From the IMG/VR virus record IMGVR_UViG_3300044673_000097, positions 1-64,000 of that record: 64,000 bases of DNA; one strand, written 5' to 3'. This stretch comes from a virus. The notes beneath the pieces were generated by a model. The model saw only the letters and a program-made list of their open reading frames with translations, was not told where the DNA came from and made no database searches. Each line of letters starts with the position of its first letter. Position 1 is the stretch's first letter. Positions 19,235-29,315 of the stretch are shown in pieces. The translations under genes and the position numbers were made by a program.

Positions 19235-19596
19235 TTCGGTTCCTCGCTCTCGACGATGACGGGCACCGGGGGCGCCTTCGGAATCACGACGGGAGCGGGC
19301 GCGTCGAGGTGAGCGACGGGCGACGGAAGCACGGCGAGCAGAGCGGGAAGGGCCGACACGATGCCGCCGATGAGCGCGGGAAGCCACGGTTGCGATGTCG
19401 ACAGCGCCTCGGCAACACCGGACAGCACACCGAGCGCGACAGGCACGAGCGGTCGATACGCCGCCGGAATGCGCGCCCATTGTGCCGCGACGACGGGCAG
19501 CCGCGCGAGGTAGACGATGAGCAGGATCGCGAGCCCGACGACGACGGGCCACTGATGCGATTGGATTGCGACGAGCAAAGCGTTGATGTCGGGCAT
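19231..19596 (-). CDS. putative holin
   Basis: 121 aa, three hydrophobic segments, GGAG RBS, located after the tail genes. Confidence 0.65.
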   Translation of the reverse strand: MPDINALLVAIQSHQWPVVVGLAILLIVYLARLPVVAAQWARIPAAYRPLVPVALGVLSGVAEALSTSQPWLPALIGGIVSALPALLAVLPSPVAHLDAPAPVVIPKAPPVPVIVESEEPK

Positions 19597-19607
19597 TTTC
19601 TACTCCT

Positions 19608-21797
19608 TCAACCGCCGGGCATAGCGGCGGCCCACCACATGCCTCCAGATTGGACAGCGTTTCCACCGCCGCCCGTTGCTGCAGCGAGCGACGAGTCGTG
19701 GAGCGGGTAATACGCGGTGACGCCTTCGAGTCGGCAGTCCCCAGGCATGCTTCCGTAATAGTCCACCATCGTCTCCTGGTAGGTCGCCGCGCGCCCGGCG
19801 CAGCAGACGAAATCGGCTATGACCCCGCGGAATGCTGGGCGGGAGTCGCGCGTCCCGATGATGATGCTGTCGCCCGCGTCGAGATTCCAGGTCGTCGAGA
19901 ACGTCCCGCAGAATTGCCCGTTTGCGTACAGGGTCGCCGTGCCTGCGACGGCATCGAGGGAGAGCACGAATCGGGTCCACTCGAATTGAGTGAGCCGCGC
20001 CGGTAGGTCAAATTGGGCGGTGCCGTTATCGACGCAGACGATGACCTCGCCTGTGGTTCCCACCTGAGCCACGGTGATGCCTGCCGAGTAGGGCGAGCCA
20101 CGCTGCCAGAGCACGCGGAAGGCCGACGGCGTGGGGTCGACGAGCGCAATCGGGTAGGCCCACCAGGCGTACGTCATCGACCCTGAGCCGCTGGGCGTCA
20201 TGGTCGCGTGCGTCGGAATCGTCAGCGTGTCCGAGTCGTCGGTCATGCGGAAGTGGGTCACGCCGCTATGGGCCGCGAAGGCCCGCGGGACGACGTCGTA
20301 GGCGTCGCCACCGAGCCGGAATCCGCCGAGGTCACGGTCGAACAGGCTCGCCCACTTCGTGGCCATCTTGGGATAGCCGGTGCTGTCCTGAGGGTGCACG
20401 CCGTCGGTGTCGAGGTCCGACGTGGTGAGCAGGTCAGCGACGACGACCCGTGTCGCCCCGTATTCAGCGCACACGGCGTCGAGGCCTGAATTGACGGCCA
20501 CCCGAACGACCTCGCGAGCAGCTCGCACTGGTGCCGAATCCACGGCGCAATTCCAAGGGACCATCCCCGTCACGTACACGCGATGCATCGGGATTCGCCC
20601 GGTAGCCTTGACCGCGGCAAATAGCGTCTCGAATCGCGCCAGGATGGTCGCCGACGACTCGTCGCGCCCGACGTTGTTCGTGCCGAGGCCGAGGTAGATG
20701 GCATCGGGCCGGTACGTCTCGATATCGGCGAGCAGGTACGGCTGAACCTCCTCGATGGTGTAGCCGGCAAAGGCGCACTCGTCCCAATCGCCGAGGGTGT
20801 AATTCCCGCTGGCGACGTAGCCGAACGACTGGGAGCCAACGAAGTCGACCGCGAGGCCGTGGCGAGCCAGGACGGCCGTCCAGAGCAGGGGACGATATCC
20901 GCCAGTGTTGCCGCCCTTGGTGATCGAGTCCCCGCACAGCATCACCTTGGCCTTGTGAAACCGAGGCTGCCATCGCCGGTAGAAATACTGCTCGATGTCG
21001 ACAGCGAGCACGCCGCGATCGGGCTCGAATCCGAACGCCCAGTCCGTGTACGCGAGGACCTCGAGGATGTCCCCCTGCGCGGTGTACGACGCGATGTTGC
21101 TTGGGTCGTACGCGATGTTACCGACCATCAGGTCGAGGTCCGAATTGCCTCCCGACGGCGCATTTGCAAAGTTGCCGCTGGCCTCCTCGATGCCGTTGAC
21201 TCGCACCGACACGTCAGGCGCGTTGGTGGCCTTCCACTCGACCACGATGACGTTCAGCCGGTGGTCGTGAATCACGCCGTCCGCCGTCGTCAGGTCAATC
21301 ACGTACGCGCTGCCGTTGGCGATCTGGACCTTGACGGCCCCCGCTGATGTCACCGCGATCGAGAAGCCGATGCGCCCGGACGACAGGCGCAGCTCGTCGA
21401 GGAGCATCACGTCCTGGGTCGTCGTCTCGCAGAAGTAGGCGATGCCGATCAGCGCGGCCGTGTGCAGCGCCGCGTAATTGGCCTTCGTCATCGTCGATTC
21501 GAGCCGGGTGCCAGACGAATCCGTCCACTCAGCCGAGTCGCGCGAATTCATGCGAGACACAAAGGGCCCCGCCGTTGCGTGAGCCACGGTCCCGCCTGCC
21601 GTTCCCTGATTCGGAATCGCCGTGACGCGGCCTCCACTCACCGTGCGCCCAGGGTCGTCTACGCGAATCCAGACCGCCGGGACCGCCGTCTGTCCCACCC
21701 AATTCGGAGACCATGGCGGCCGCCAGCGCTCCGTCCAAATGGCCGGTGGCACCGTGCCGGGCCTGATTCCAGTGAGGTCGTCGCCGGTCGTTCCCAT
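19608..21797 (-). CDS. LamG-SGNH hydrolase-LamG protein, paralogue of 9395-11497
   Basis: GDSIT, GTNN and DGVHP; long blocks shared with the paralogue. Confidence 0.8.
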   Translation of the reverse strand: MGTTGDDLTGIRPGTVPPAIWTERWRPPWSPNWVGQTAVPAVWIRVDDPGRTVSGGRVTAIPNQGTAGGTVAHATAGPFVSRMNSRDSAEWTDSSGTRLESTMTKANYAALHTAALIGIAYFCETTTQDVMLLDELRLSSGRIGFSIAVTSAGAVKVQIANGSAYVIDLTTADGVIHDHRLNVIVVEWKATNAPDVSVRVNGIEEASGNFANAPSGGNSDLDLMVGNIAYDPSNIASYTAQGDILEVLAYTDWAFGFEPDRGVLAVDIEQYFYRRWQPRFHKAKVMLCGDSITKGGNTGGYRPLLWTAVLARHGLAVDFVGSQSFGYVASGNYTLGDWDECAFAGYTIEEVQPYLLADIETYRPDAIYLGLGTNNVGRDESSATILARFETLFAAVKATGRIPMHRVYVTGMVPWNCAVDSAPVRAAREVVRVAVNSGLDAVCAEYGATRVVVADLLTTSDLDTDGVHPQDSTGYPKMATKWASLFDRDLGGFRLGGDAYDVVPRAFAAHSGVTHFRMTDDSDTLTIPTHATMTPSGSGSMTYAWWAYPIALVDPTPSAFRVLWQRGSPYSAGITVAQVGTTGEVIVCVDNGTAQFDLPARLTQFEWTRFVLSLDAVAGTATLYANGQFCGTFSTTWNLDAGDSIIIGTRDSRPAFRGVIADFVCCAGRAATYQETMVDYYGSMPGDCRLEGVTAYYPLHDSSLAAATGGGGNAVQSGGMWWAAAMPGG

Positions 21798-21800
21798 GGG

Positions 21801-23906
21801 TCACTCCAGGATTCCGACGATTTGCACGGAGAGCGTGTCGTCCCCGGTCGAGGTCTCCGTTGCCGTCACCTCGCAGCGAGCATCGCGCTCCCACCGGCAT
21901 CCGGCCGGGTCGATGGTCGTCGTGGTCTTGCCCCATGAGCCGCCCGACAGCGGCTCGATCCCCTGGTAGCTGTTCGACGTGCAGACCTTCGCCGTCCAGG
22001 CGCCGAGCTGCACGTTGAGCTTTGGAGGATTTGCCGAGAGCGCACCGGCCGCGAACCGCAGCTGCGCCACGCGCAACGCGGGGCCGGTATTCTCGACGTA
22101 CGCGCCCAGGGACGACTCGAAGACCGTGGTCGTTCCGGGGAACGAATACGGCCCAGGGACGCCGCGCTTCTCGACGACGACCCTCGTCGAATCCCCGTAC
22201 CACACGGCGAGGATCTTGGCCGAGCCCGTATCCAATGCAGGCCCGACGAGGTCGAGCTGCGTGGTCGTGATGGCGTCGCACAGCATCCACTTGAAAAAGC
22301 ACACGTCCACGTAGCCCGCCGAGAAGGTGTCCCCGCTCACGACGATATTGCCGCCGAGTCCCGAGGTGTTGTCCGCGGTGATCGTGTGCGTGCCGAATCC
22401 TGTGATCGTGCCGGTGTGGCCGATGAGCTGCGCAGTCGTCGTGTTTGCCCCGCGGTACAGGTCGATCCTATAGTCCGACCCTCCGAGCGAGACGCAGTTG
22501 CACCGAATGATTCCGTCGGACCGAAGCGCCGCGGCGACCAGGCCAGTCAGGCCCGAGGTCACCGTCCACGCGCCGCCGCCCGTGTTCGCTCGCTGCTCGT
22601 AGCCCGTCGAGTCGAGCACCCGAATCGGCGTACCCGGCTGCACCGACGCCATGTAATCGGCGCCGAGGGTGAGGCGCCCGGCATTGGCCGCGGTCGTCGT
22701 GAAGCTCGCGATCGAGGTCCAGGTCTGGGCGCCGCTCGACGGCGTCGACCAATCGATCGCGTTGGCCGCTCCCACCGTCAGGACTTTGCCCTCGGTGCCA
22801 ACCGCGAGCACGACCCAACTCGTTCCGTTGTGCCAGAGGATCTGTCCCTTCGTCCCGCTCGGCAGGCTGGCGCCGGTCGGTGCCGTCCAGCCGACAGCGG
22901 ACGCTGCTCCGACGGTGAGCACGTCGCCCTGTGAGCCGACGCCGAGCCCCGACCATCCCAGCCCGTCGTGCCAGACGATCGTGCCCTTGACCCCCGCGGG
23001 GAATTGCGAGGGGATATTCTCCCAGAGGATCGTGCTCGACCCAGACGTCCGCAGCACCTGGCCCGTGACGCCCGAGTGCGAGATCGCGACCCACGACGTG
23101 CCATTGTGCCAGACCAGGTCGCCCTTGACGCCGGAGGGGAGAAACCCCGCCAGCGTGCCACCGTTCGCCGCGTTGGTGTGATTGTGCTGCGCGTTGGTGA
23201 AGTTGCCAATCGTGGGCGTCGTGAGGGTCTTATTGCTGAGGGCCTGGGAGCCCGTGAGCGTGACCACGTCCGAGCCGATGTTGAGCGTGACCGAGCCCGC
23301 AGCGTTCGTGACGGTGATCGCATTCGTCGTGCCTTGCAGCGTCTTCCACTCCATCCCCACGCCGCCCGCATTCATGCCGGGGATCTGATTCGCCGCGGCA
23401 CCCGCGAAGGTGTGCGTGTTCGAGGTCATGCCGTGGGCGACGGCACCCCCAGCACCCGCACCTTCGATTGCCGCGTTGAGCTTGGCGCAGTGGCCCGACG
23501 TGCGGTTGTATTCGTCCGTCTCCCCGACAGCCATGACGCGCAATCCACCGGGCGTCACGACGTTCACCTGAAGCGCTCGCGTGTATTCGATCCGCGATTG
23601 CCCGTTCGCATCGATGCCGCGGTTGATCGTCACGCACACGTTGACGCAGCGGCTCGACGCATTCGGCATGCGGAAGGTCGCGGTCTTGGTCGCCTGGTCG
23701 ACGGTCACCGTAGGCAGCGGGGCGGCGAGCGTGAGCGGGTCCGCGGTGGGAATCGTCACGTCGATCACGTCGACCCCCGCCGTGGATTGCAGCTCGATCT
23801 TGATGTAGTCGTTCGCGGTGCAATCGATCGACGTGTCGTATGCGCCGAAAGACCAAGGCGCCGCGCCCGTCGCGGAATTGCCGAGGCGGAAGATCGGGGA
23901 AGGCAT
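21801..23906 (-). CDS. tail fibre protein
   Basis: Three repeats of the type P(S/A)G.KG..(V/L)WH(N/D)G..W; Gly/Thr-rich. Confidence 0.75.
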   Translation of the reverse strand: MPSPIFRLGNSATGAAPWSFGAYDTSIDCTANDYIKIELQSTAGVDVIDVTIPTADPLTLAAPLPTVTVDQATKTATFRMPNASSRCVNVCVTINRGIDANGQSRIEYTRALQVNVVTPGGLRVMAVGETDEYNRTSGHCAKLNAAIEGAGAGGAVAHGMTSNTHTFAGAAANQIPGMNAGGVGMEWKTLQGTTNAITVTNAAGSVTLNIGSDVVTLTGSQALSNKTLTTPTIGNFTNAQHNHTNAANGGTLAGFLPSGVKGDLVWHNGTSWVAISHSGVTGQVLRTSGSSTILWENIPSQFPAGVKGTIVWHDGLGWSGLGVGSQGDVLTVGAASAVGWTAPTGASLPSGTKGQILWHNGTSWVVLAVGTEGKVLTVGAANAIDWSTPSSGAQTWTSIASFTTTAANAGRLTLGADYMASVQPGTPIRVLDSTGYEQRANTGGGAWTVTSGLTGLVAAALRSDGIIRCNCVSLGGSDYRIDLYRGANTTTAQLIGHTGTITGFGTHTITADNTSGLGGNIVVSGDTFSAGYVDVCFFKWMLCDAITTTQLDLVGPALDTGSAKILAVWYGDSTRVVVEKRGVPGPYSFPGTTTVFESSLGAYVENTGPALRVAQLRFAAGALSANPPKLNVQLGAWTAKVCTSNSYQGIEPLSGGSWGKTTTTIDPAGCRWERDARCEVTATETSTGDDTLSVQIVGILE

Positions 23907-23909
23907 GGG

Positions 23910-25550
23910 TCAGCCCTTCTTCGTGAATCCGTTGAGGAGAATCAGCTTCGTCGTGGCGACGTTCTCGCGGACATTCGTCGTGCCCGTGCTCGCGGTGAGC
24001 GCCGAGCGGAACGCATCTGAAACACCGGCCACGCCGTATCGGGTCGTCAGATATCCGCCTGGGTACACGGACGCATGGACGTTGCCCGTGCGCGAGACGT
24101 GCTGCCCGAATGCCCACACGAGCACCTCGTGATACCGCACGGCGCTCTCGAAGTCGGTGGGCTGCCCGGCAAGCAACGTCGTCAGCGTGGTGTCCACGGA
24201 TGCGTGGAATGACGTGGGCGCGCCCGAGTCGTGCATCCGATTGCCCACGTGATCGCGGAACACGGACCACAATTCCTGCACCGCCGAGACGTAGGAATCG
24301 CGGTCGGACGGGTACGCGATGACGTATTGCGAATGGGCATCGCCCGTGATCGCGTGGTAGTCGATGCCCGTGTCGGCGTTCTGAAGCGAACGGTGCGTGC
24401 CGTATCGCAGCTTCATGTTGTTCATGCGCGCGACGGCGGTCGCCTCGCTGGTCGCCTTCGGGTACGTGACCGAGTCCAGCCGGTTCTCTCCCGGCGCGTA
24501 GTGGATTCCAGCCAGTCCCGCCGCGCCATACGTGCGCCCGATGTGCCCGTCGAAGACGCGCCACAGGAGATTGGTGCGAGCAATGCGGTCGGCCAGCGTC
24601 GCCCCGCCCGCGAGGTCTGCCACGCCTGCCATGTCGGCCGCGACGAACGGGTCGGCACCGCCGTGTAGCACGCCGCCGGGGTCGCCAACGGTCTTCGCGG
24701 CGTGCCCGACGATTGCGTCGCGCAGGTCGTTCAGCAGGGTCACCTGTGAGGCTGCATTGCCCGCGGCGGCATCGGGTGAAACGACGGTGTTCGTGTTGTC
24801 CACCGCCGCATGTACCGCGAGCGGGTACTCGATCACGATGTGCTCGTTGATCTGCGCGATCAAGTGCACGAGGTCGAGCAGGATATTCGACGAGCCGATC
24901 TCGTCCCAATCGATGATCAGCGAGGTTTCGCCATACGCCGCGTCACCGTATCGGTGGTAGTCGTCGCCCCAGCCGCCCATGTCTTGCACGGCCTGCGCTA
25001 CGGTGGCGGCCATTGCCGCCGACTTCGCCGCGTCGCTGCTCGCCGTCGTGTCGAGCACGGGGCAGCGGGACGCGTCGGCGAATCGGGTCACGACGCCCCA
25101 TGTCGTCGGCGCCGTCTGGTAGTTCCAGTCGGCGTGCGTGCACAGGCGCATCACCACGTCGTCTGGTTCGATTCCGATGCGACGTTGGAGCGAATCCCCG
25201 ACCACGACGGAACACGTCGCCGTGCTCCATGGCGTGATCTCGATCGTCCCGGCTGCGGAACCAGCGTGCGCTGGGCTCGCGTCCCCTAGGTCGTTGCTGA
25301 ATCGCGGCGGGATGTTCGTCTCGGATTCCTCGACGAGCTGCACATCGTAGACGCCGCCGACATCGGGCGTGATCTGGTTGTTGGGCAGCCAATTCTCGGC
25401 GCCCGCATCCCAGATCGGCAGCGCGGATCCCGGCGGCGCGGACAGCAATCGACACCTGACGCGCGTGCCTTCGTCGAAGGTCGCGGTGATGGTGACCGTC
25501 TCGCCAGCGAATGGGAATCGCAGGTCGCGGCTGATGGAGTTGATGGTCAT
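23910..25550 (-). CDS. putative tail/baseplate structural protein
   Basis: 546 aa within the tail module. Confidence 0.6.
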   Translation of the reverse strand: MTINSISRDLRFPFAGETVTITATFDEGTRVRCRLLSAPPGSALPIWDAGAENWLPNNQITPDVGGVYDVQLVEESETNIPPRFSNDLGDASPAHAGSAAGTIEITPWSTATCSVVVGDSLQRRIGIEPDDVVMRLCTHADWNYQTAPTTWGVVTRFADASRCPVLDTTASSDAAKSAAMAATVAQAVQDMGGWGDDYHRYGDAAYGETSLIIDWDEIGSSNILLDLVHLIAQINEHIVIEYPLAVHAAVDNTNTVVSPDAAAGNAASQVTLLNDLRDAIVGHAAKTVGDPGGVLHGGADPFVAADMAGVADLAGGATLADRIARTNLLWRVFDGHIGRTYGAAGLAGIHYAPGENRLDSVTYPKATSEATAVARMNNMKLRYGTHRSLQNADTGIDYHAITGDAHSQYVIAYPSDRDSYVSAVQELWSVFRDHVGNRMHDSGAPTSFHASVDTTLTTLLAGQPTDFESAVRYHEVLVWAFGQHVSRTGNVHASVYPGGYLTTRYGVAGVSDAFRSALTASTGTTNVRENVATTKLILLNGFTKKG

Positions 25551-25553
25551 GGA

Positions 25554-26174
25554 TCAGCGCCACAGCGAGAAGTCGGCGCCACCCTCGGCGGTGTCGACCG
25601 TCATCTGCGCCTGAATCGAGCACAGCTTCGCGTCGAGCGCATTCGCCCCGCCTTCGGGCATGATCTGCGCGACGTAGTGGTAAGCGGCGTTGTTGACGAC
25701 TTCGTTGAGCCCGAGCACGTCGAGGTACACGCCGCCCACGTCCTCGTAGACCGGGACGCTCACCCACGTGTACGTCACCGAGCCGAGCGAGGTCAGGGTG
25801 CCTTGGATCGAGATCTTCGCGATCGAGAGCGATGGCAATGTCGCGGGCTGCGCGCCGTGTACGCCGCCGGGCATCAGAACCACGCGCACGCCCGTGAGCG
25901 TGTGCCCGTGCAGAAGGTTGAGCGAGAACACCGCGCCGATTGCCCCGCCGACAATCCCCTTGAGGTAGTGCGCCCCGTTGAAGTACAGCGGCGTCTTATC
26001 CCCGGCGCTGTCGGTGCTGCCGCAGTACGTGATCGGCAGTGCCTTGAGCCCGCCAACTGTCGACGAGCGCTTGATTGCCGCCGCCGCATTCGTGTCGATG
26101 GTGTTCGCCTGCGTCGGGGTGAGCAGGTCGCCTTGCGCCCAATTCGCAGCATTCGCGCGGACATTCGCAGCCAT
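25554..26174 (-). CDS. putative tail fibre-associated protein
   Basis: N-terminus WAQGDLLTPTQANTID; tail module. Confidence 0.6.
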   Translation of the reverse strand: MAANVRANAANWAQGDLLTPTQANTIDTNAAAAIKRSSTVGGLKALPITYCGSTDSAGDKTPLYFNGAHYLKGIVGGAIGAVFSLNLLHGHTLTGVRVVLMPGGVHGAQPATLPSLSIAKISIQGTLTSLGSVTYTWVSVPVYEDVGGVYLDVLGLNEVVNNAAYHYVAQIMPEGGANALDAKLCSIQAQMTVDTAEGGADFSLWR

Positions 26175-26182
26175 GTTCTACC

Positions 26183-26857
26183 TCAGAGGACAGCAAGACC
26201 GAGTTTCGAGACGCCCACGCGGAATCCGTACGTGCCGCCCTCGGCGGTCTCATGGAAGTTGAACGTGCACCACGCGGGCAGGTATTCGTCGAGCGAGGCT
26301 CGAGCGGCATCGACCCGGCCACGCGCATCGTCGTCGGTGGCGCCAGCGGGGCGCACGTATTCGATCGTGATGTTCGCGACCGAGCTCGTCCACGCCGTCG
26401 GCTCGCTCGTCACCGGCCAATGCATCACAGCCGTCGCTGCGTCGTTGTAGTGCGCAACAGCGGTCCACGGGGCGAACGCTTCGGTGATCATGCGCGAGAT
26501 CGAGCCCGAGCCGCCGGAGTAGTACGCGAGCAGTCGAGCCGCGACGCGATTGCGCCGGATCTGATCGGAGTCGTTGACGCTCGCCGTGATGCCGAGGATC
26601 GCTTCCCATCGCGACAGGCGGGGTTCCGTCAGCTTGCGCGGGTCGGATCCCTGAATGACGCGGCGGTCGATTGCCCGGTCGGCAAGCGAAAGCAGGCGTG
26701 CGGCGGCCACGTTCTCCGCGTCGGCAAGCGTCCCGGGTTCGGTGGCAAGCGCGGTCCCCAGCTCGGACTTGATCGAATCGTAGATCTTCGTGATTCGCCG
26801 CGTGCTGTTCGCCCCGAATTGCCGGGGGAATGGCGAGCGCCAGGTGCCGAATGCCAT
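26183..26857 (-). CDS. baseplate wedge protein (Mu gp48-like)
   Basis: LSRWEAILGI...RRNRVAARL, PAW; synteny with baseplate J. Confidence 0.7.
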   Translation of the reverse strand: MAFGTWRSPFPRQFGANSTRRITKIYDSIKSELGTALATEPGTLADAENVAAARLLSLADRAIDRRVIQGSDPRKLTEPRLSRWEAILGITASVNDSDQIRRNRVAARLLAYYSGGSGSISRMITEAFAPWTAVAHYNDAATAVMHWPVTSEPTAWTSSVANITIEYVRPAGATDDDARGRVDAARASLDEYLPAWCTFNFHETAEGGTYGFRVGVSKLGLAVL

Positions 26858-26858
26858 C

Positions 26859-27353
26859 TCAGTACACCGTCACGAAGACGCGCTTGTCGGCCACGACGTT
26901 GCCGTCGTATCGGTACACGAGCACCTGCACCTGATTCGGCGCAATGGCCTCGGCAGGGGCGAAGAAGTACGGGAATGCGAGCGACGTTGCGGCCACGGTT
27001 GCGTGCGCACCCATGAAGTTCGGCGCGCGCTTGACCCTGCGATCGGGCGTCGGGTTCAGATCGTAATACCCATCGACCGCCCACGTCAGGGTGTAGTCGC
27101 CCATGGCATTGCGCGTGACGGTGGGGCGCACCGAAACATCGTTTCCCCACACGCTGTCGTACTTCAGGATCGTCTGGTCGGAATCGATCAGGATGATGGC
27201 CTTGGGCGTCACGTGCGTCATGGCGGCGCAGTCGACGGCGTGCTTCTCGTAGGTCGCTGCGGTCTGCTCAGTCGTCGGATCGACGACGCCCTGGGTGTCG
27301 TAGTCGCTGAACGGCAGCCCGTACTCTACGGGGTCGCTTACATTGGGGAGCAT
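26859..27353 (-). CDS. hypothetical baseplate-region protein
   Basis: 164 aa, tightly packed. Confidence 0.6.
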   Translation of the reverse strand: MLPNVSDPVEYGLPFSDYDTQGVVDPTTEQTAATYEKHAVDCAAMTHVTPKAIILIDSDQTILKYDSVWGNDVSVRPTVTRNAMGDYTLTWAVDGYYDLNPTPDRRVKRAPNFMGAHATVAATSLAFPYFFAPAEAIAPNQVQVLVYRYDGNVVADKRVFVTVY

Positions 27354-27360
27354 GCGGACC

Positions 27361-28842
27361 TCACAGCTTGTGAATGGCGAGCTTGCCGAGGGTCAGAATA
27401 TTGGGGGCCGTCGCGACGGTGGGGATCGCGGGGAGCGACGGGGCAATCGTCGCCACGTGCGTGATCTCGGTGTGCGCCGTCGACAGCGCGCCGATCTGCA
27501 CCGACGTGAGCGCCGACGGCCACGATTCGGTCACAAGCGGGCGACGGTACGAGCGGGGCAAGAGGAGCGCCGATGACGTTTCCTCGCCGGGCCCGAGCGT
27601 GGCGAACTGCTCGATCAGCGTCGATGCGTAGTCGTCGAGCTTGTCGGCATCGGGCGAGATGTAGTCGCCACTCTGCAGGATCGAGGTGTCGATCGGGTCG
27701 AGCAGCGTCAGGTTGTAGACGAATCCAGCGGACAGCGCGACGGTGGCAATCCTCGTGTGCACGAACTTTCGTCGCGACCGGCTCCAGATTGCGATACGGC
27801 TTCCGACGAGCGGGGTGTTGCCACCGGCCACGGTGTCGACCTGAATCGTCATCGCGTTCGTGGGGGCGGCCTCGAGATGCGCCGGGGTCGTGGCGACGTA
27901 CTTCGGCCAGTGCAGAGCCGTGCCGTCAATCCACCCGCCACCGCTTCCGCCGTCTTCGACCGGGAGCGGGATCGTCGCGCGCAGGTAGACGTTCACGTCT
28001 TCGTCCGTCACCGATTGCGTCAGCACGTCAGCGTGTTCGGGGTCGGCCGCGACGACGGCGAGGGCAACGGAATTGACGAGCGCCACGGACGCCTCGCGGG
28101 AGTAGTACGTCTCCGCGGTGGGCTCGACAGCGATGACGACATCGACGGTCGACGGACCGCGGCGCGCCGGGTAGCAGAACGCTTTTTGGACGGCCGCATT
28201 CGCCTCGGCCCATTCGACGTAATGCGCCCACGAGCCCGACTGCGCGGGATGCCTGAGCGAGTCCTGGAACCGGCGTCGAAGGCGCGCGTTGTTGTCGGGG
28301 TCGGCGCCATTGGTCAGGCCGCCCGGCCCAACCTTGCATTTGGTGTCGCTGCCAGCCGGGGGAGAAGTCCAGGTGAGCTCAACGCCTTCGACGCGCTCGG
28401 TGCGCTTGCCCACGTCGACGCCAATGACCGGAACGAGCCCGCCATTGTTCGTCGTGGTGGAGGTCACGACCTTGTAGCGCAACCCGTCCGCAGCCCGGCA
28501 TTCCGAGTCTTTCGCGTACGTGACGACGCCGCTCGTCGTGACCCTGACGTTGCCCTGCGCTCCAGCCCCCAGCGAAGGCTCCATGCCGCGCCACACCCGG
28601 GCCAATCGGATGAGGTCGTCGCCAAGTGCGGAGTCGGGCATCGTCGCGTCTTGCAGCGCCACGTTGCGGGCCATGATCTCGAGCACTGGGCTGGCGTACG
28701 CGTCGCCACGGATCGCAATCTCGGAGCCCGGTGCGACATTGGGATTGGTCACGCCAGCACGGATTCTCCCGAGCCTCACGTCTCGGCAGAAGCGATCGGA
28801 CAGCGCGTTGAGCGAAGGCAGTTCGATGCGAGTGATCGCCAT
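27361..28842 (-). CDS. baseplate J-like protein (Mu gp47)
   Basis: GLTNGADPD..ARLRRR, SGS.AHY..WA and RGPSTVDV. Confidence 0.9.
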   Translation of the reverse strand: MAITRIELPSLNALSDRFCRDVRLGRIRAGVTNPNVAPGSEIAIRGDAYASPVLEIMARNVALQDATMPDSALGDDLIRLARVWRGMEPSLGAGAQGNVRVTTSGVVTYAKDSECRAADGLRYKVVTSTTTNNGGLVPVIGVDVGKRTERVEGVELTWTSPPAGSDTKCKVGPGGLTNGADPDNNARLRRRFQDSLRHPAQSGSWAHYVEWAEANAAVQKAFCYPARRGPSTVDVVIAVEPTAETYYSREASVALVNSVALAVVAADPEHADVLTQSVTDEDVNVYLRATIPLPVEDGGSGGGWIDGTALHWPKYVATTPAHLEAAPTNAMTIQVDTVAGGNTPLVGSRIAIWSRSRRKFVHTRIATVALSAGFVYNLTLLDPIDTSILQSGDYISPDADKLDDYASTLIEQFATLGPGEETSSALLLPRSYRRPLVTESWPSALTSVQIGALSTAHTEITHVATIAPSLPAIPTVATAPNILTLGKLAIHKL

Positions 28843-28844
28843 GG

Positions 28845-29315
28845 TCAGCGTCCAATCGGTGCGGTGCTGGTGTGTTGCGTGCGCCTGCGCAGGTCGGTCC
28901 ACGTCACGAGCGCATAGACGGAGGTCCCATTGACCTCGACATCCACTGAATCAAGCCGAACCGAACGGTCGGTGATGACGGGCTGAAGGGCCACGCGCAC
29001 GAACTCGTAGACCTCTGGCTGAATGGTGTCGTTCGCCGATGCGGGAGGCGTCAGGCCGAACTCCTGCGTCGAGATTCGCGAACCACGAATCGTCTTGAGG
29101 CAGAAGTACACGCGCTGGGCGGTGTCGCTCATGCCCGTCTCAGAGCCGTTCGCGTCGAGCACCACATCGCCCGTGCGCGGGTCGAACTCGGTGCTGGACA
29201 CGGCGCCCGTGGTGCTCGTGTGATACCCAGCAGCGACGAGCGCGGGGGATTCGACGGGCACACCTACGCCGGCCGGCGCAATCCCTGCGGGGGCTGTTCC
29301 ATATCCAGCGCTCAT
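28845..29315 (-). CDS. baseplate protein (gp46/gp25-like)
   Basis: T.RGS...FG...VRVALQPVI; synteny. Confidence 0.65.
   Translation of the reverse strand: MSAGYGTAPAGIAPAGVGVPVESPALVAAGYHTSTTGAVSSTEFDPRTGDVVLDANGSETGMSDTAQRVYFCLKTIRGSRISTQEFGLTPPASANDTIQPEVYEFVRVALQPVITDRSVRLDSVDVEVNGTSVYALVTWTDLRRRTQHTSTAPIGR

Noticed and set aside
9395-21797. Diversity-generating retroelement suggested by duplicated receptor-like genes
   Set aside because: No reverse transcriptase; similarity is at protein level across the genes rather than an adenine-specific TR/VR pair.
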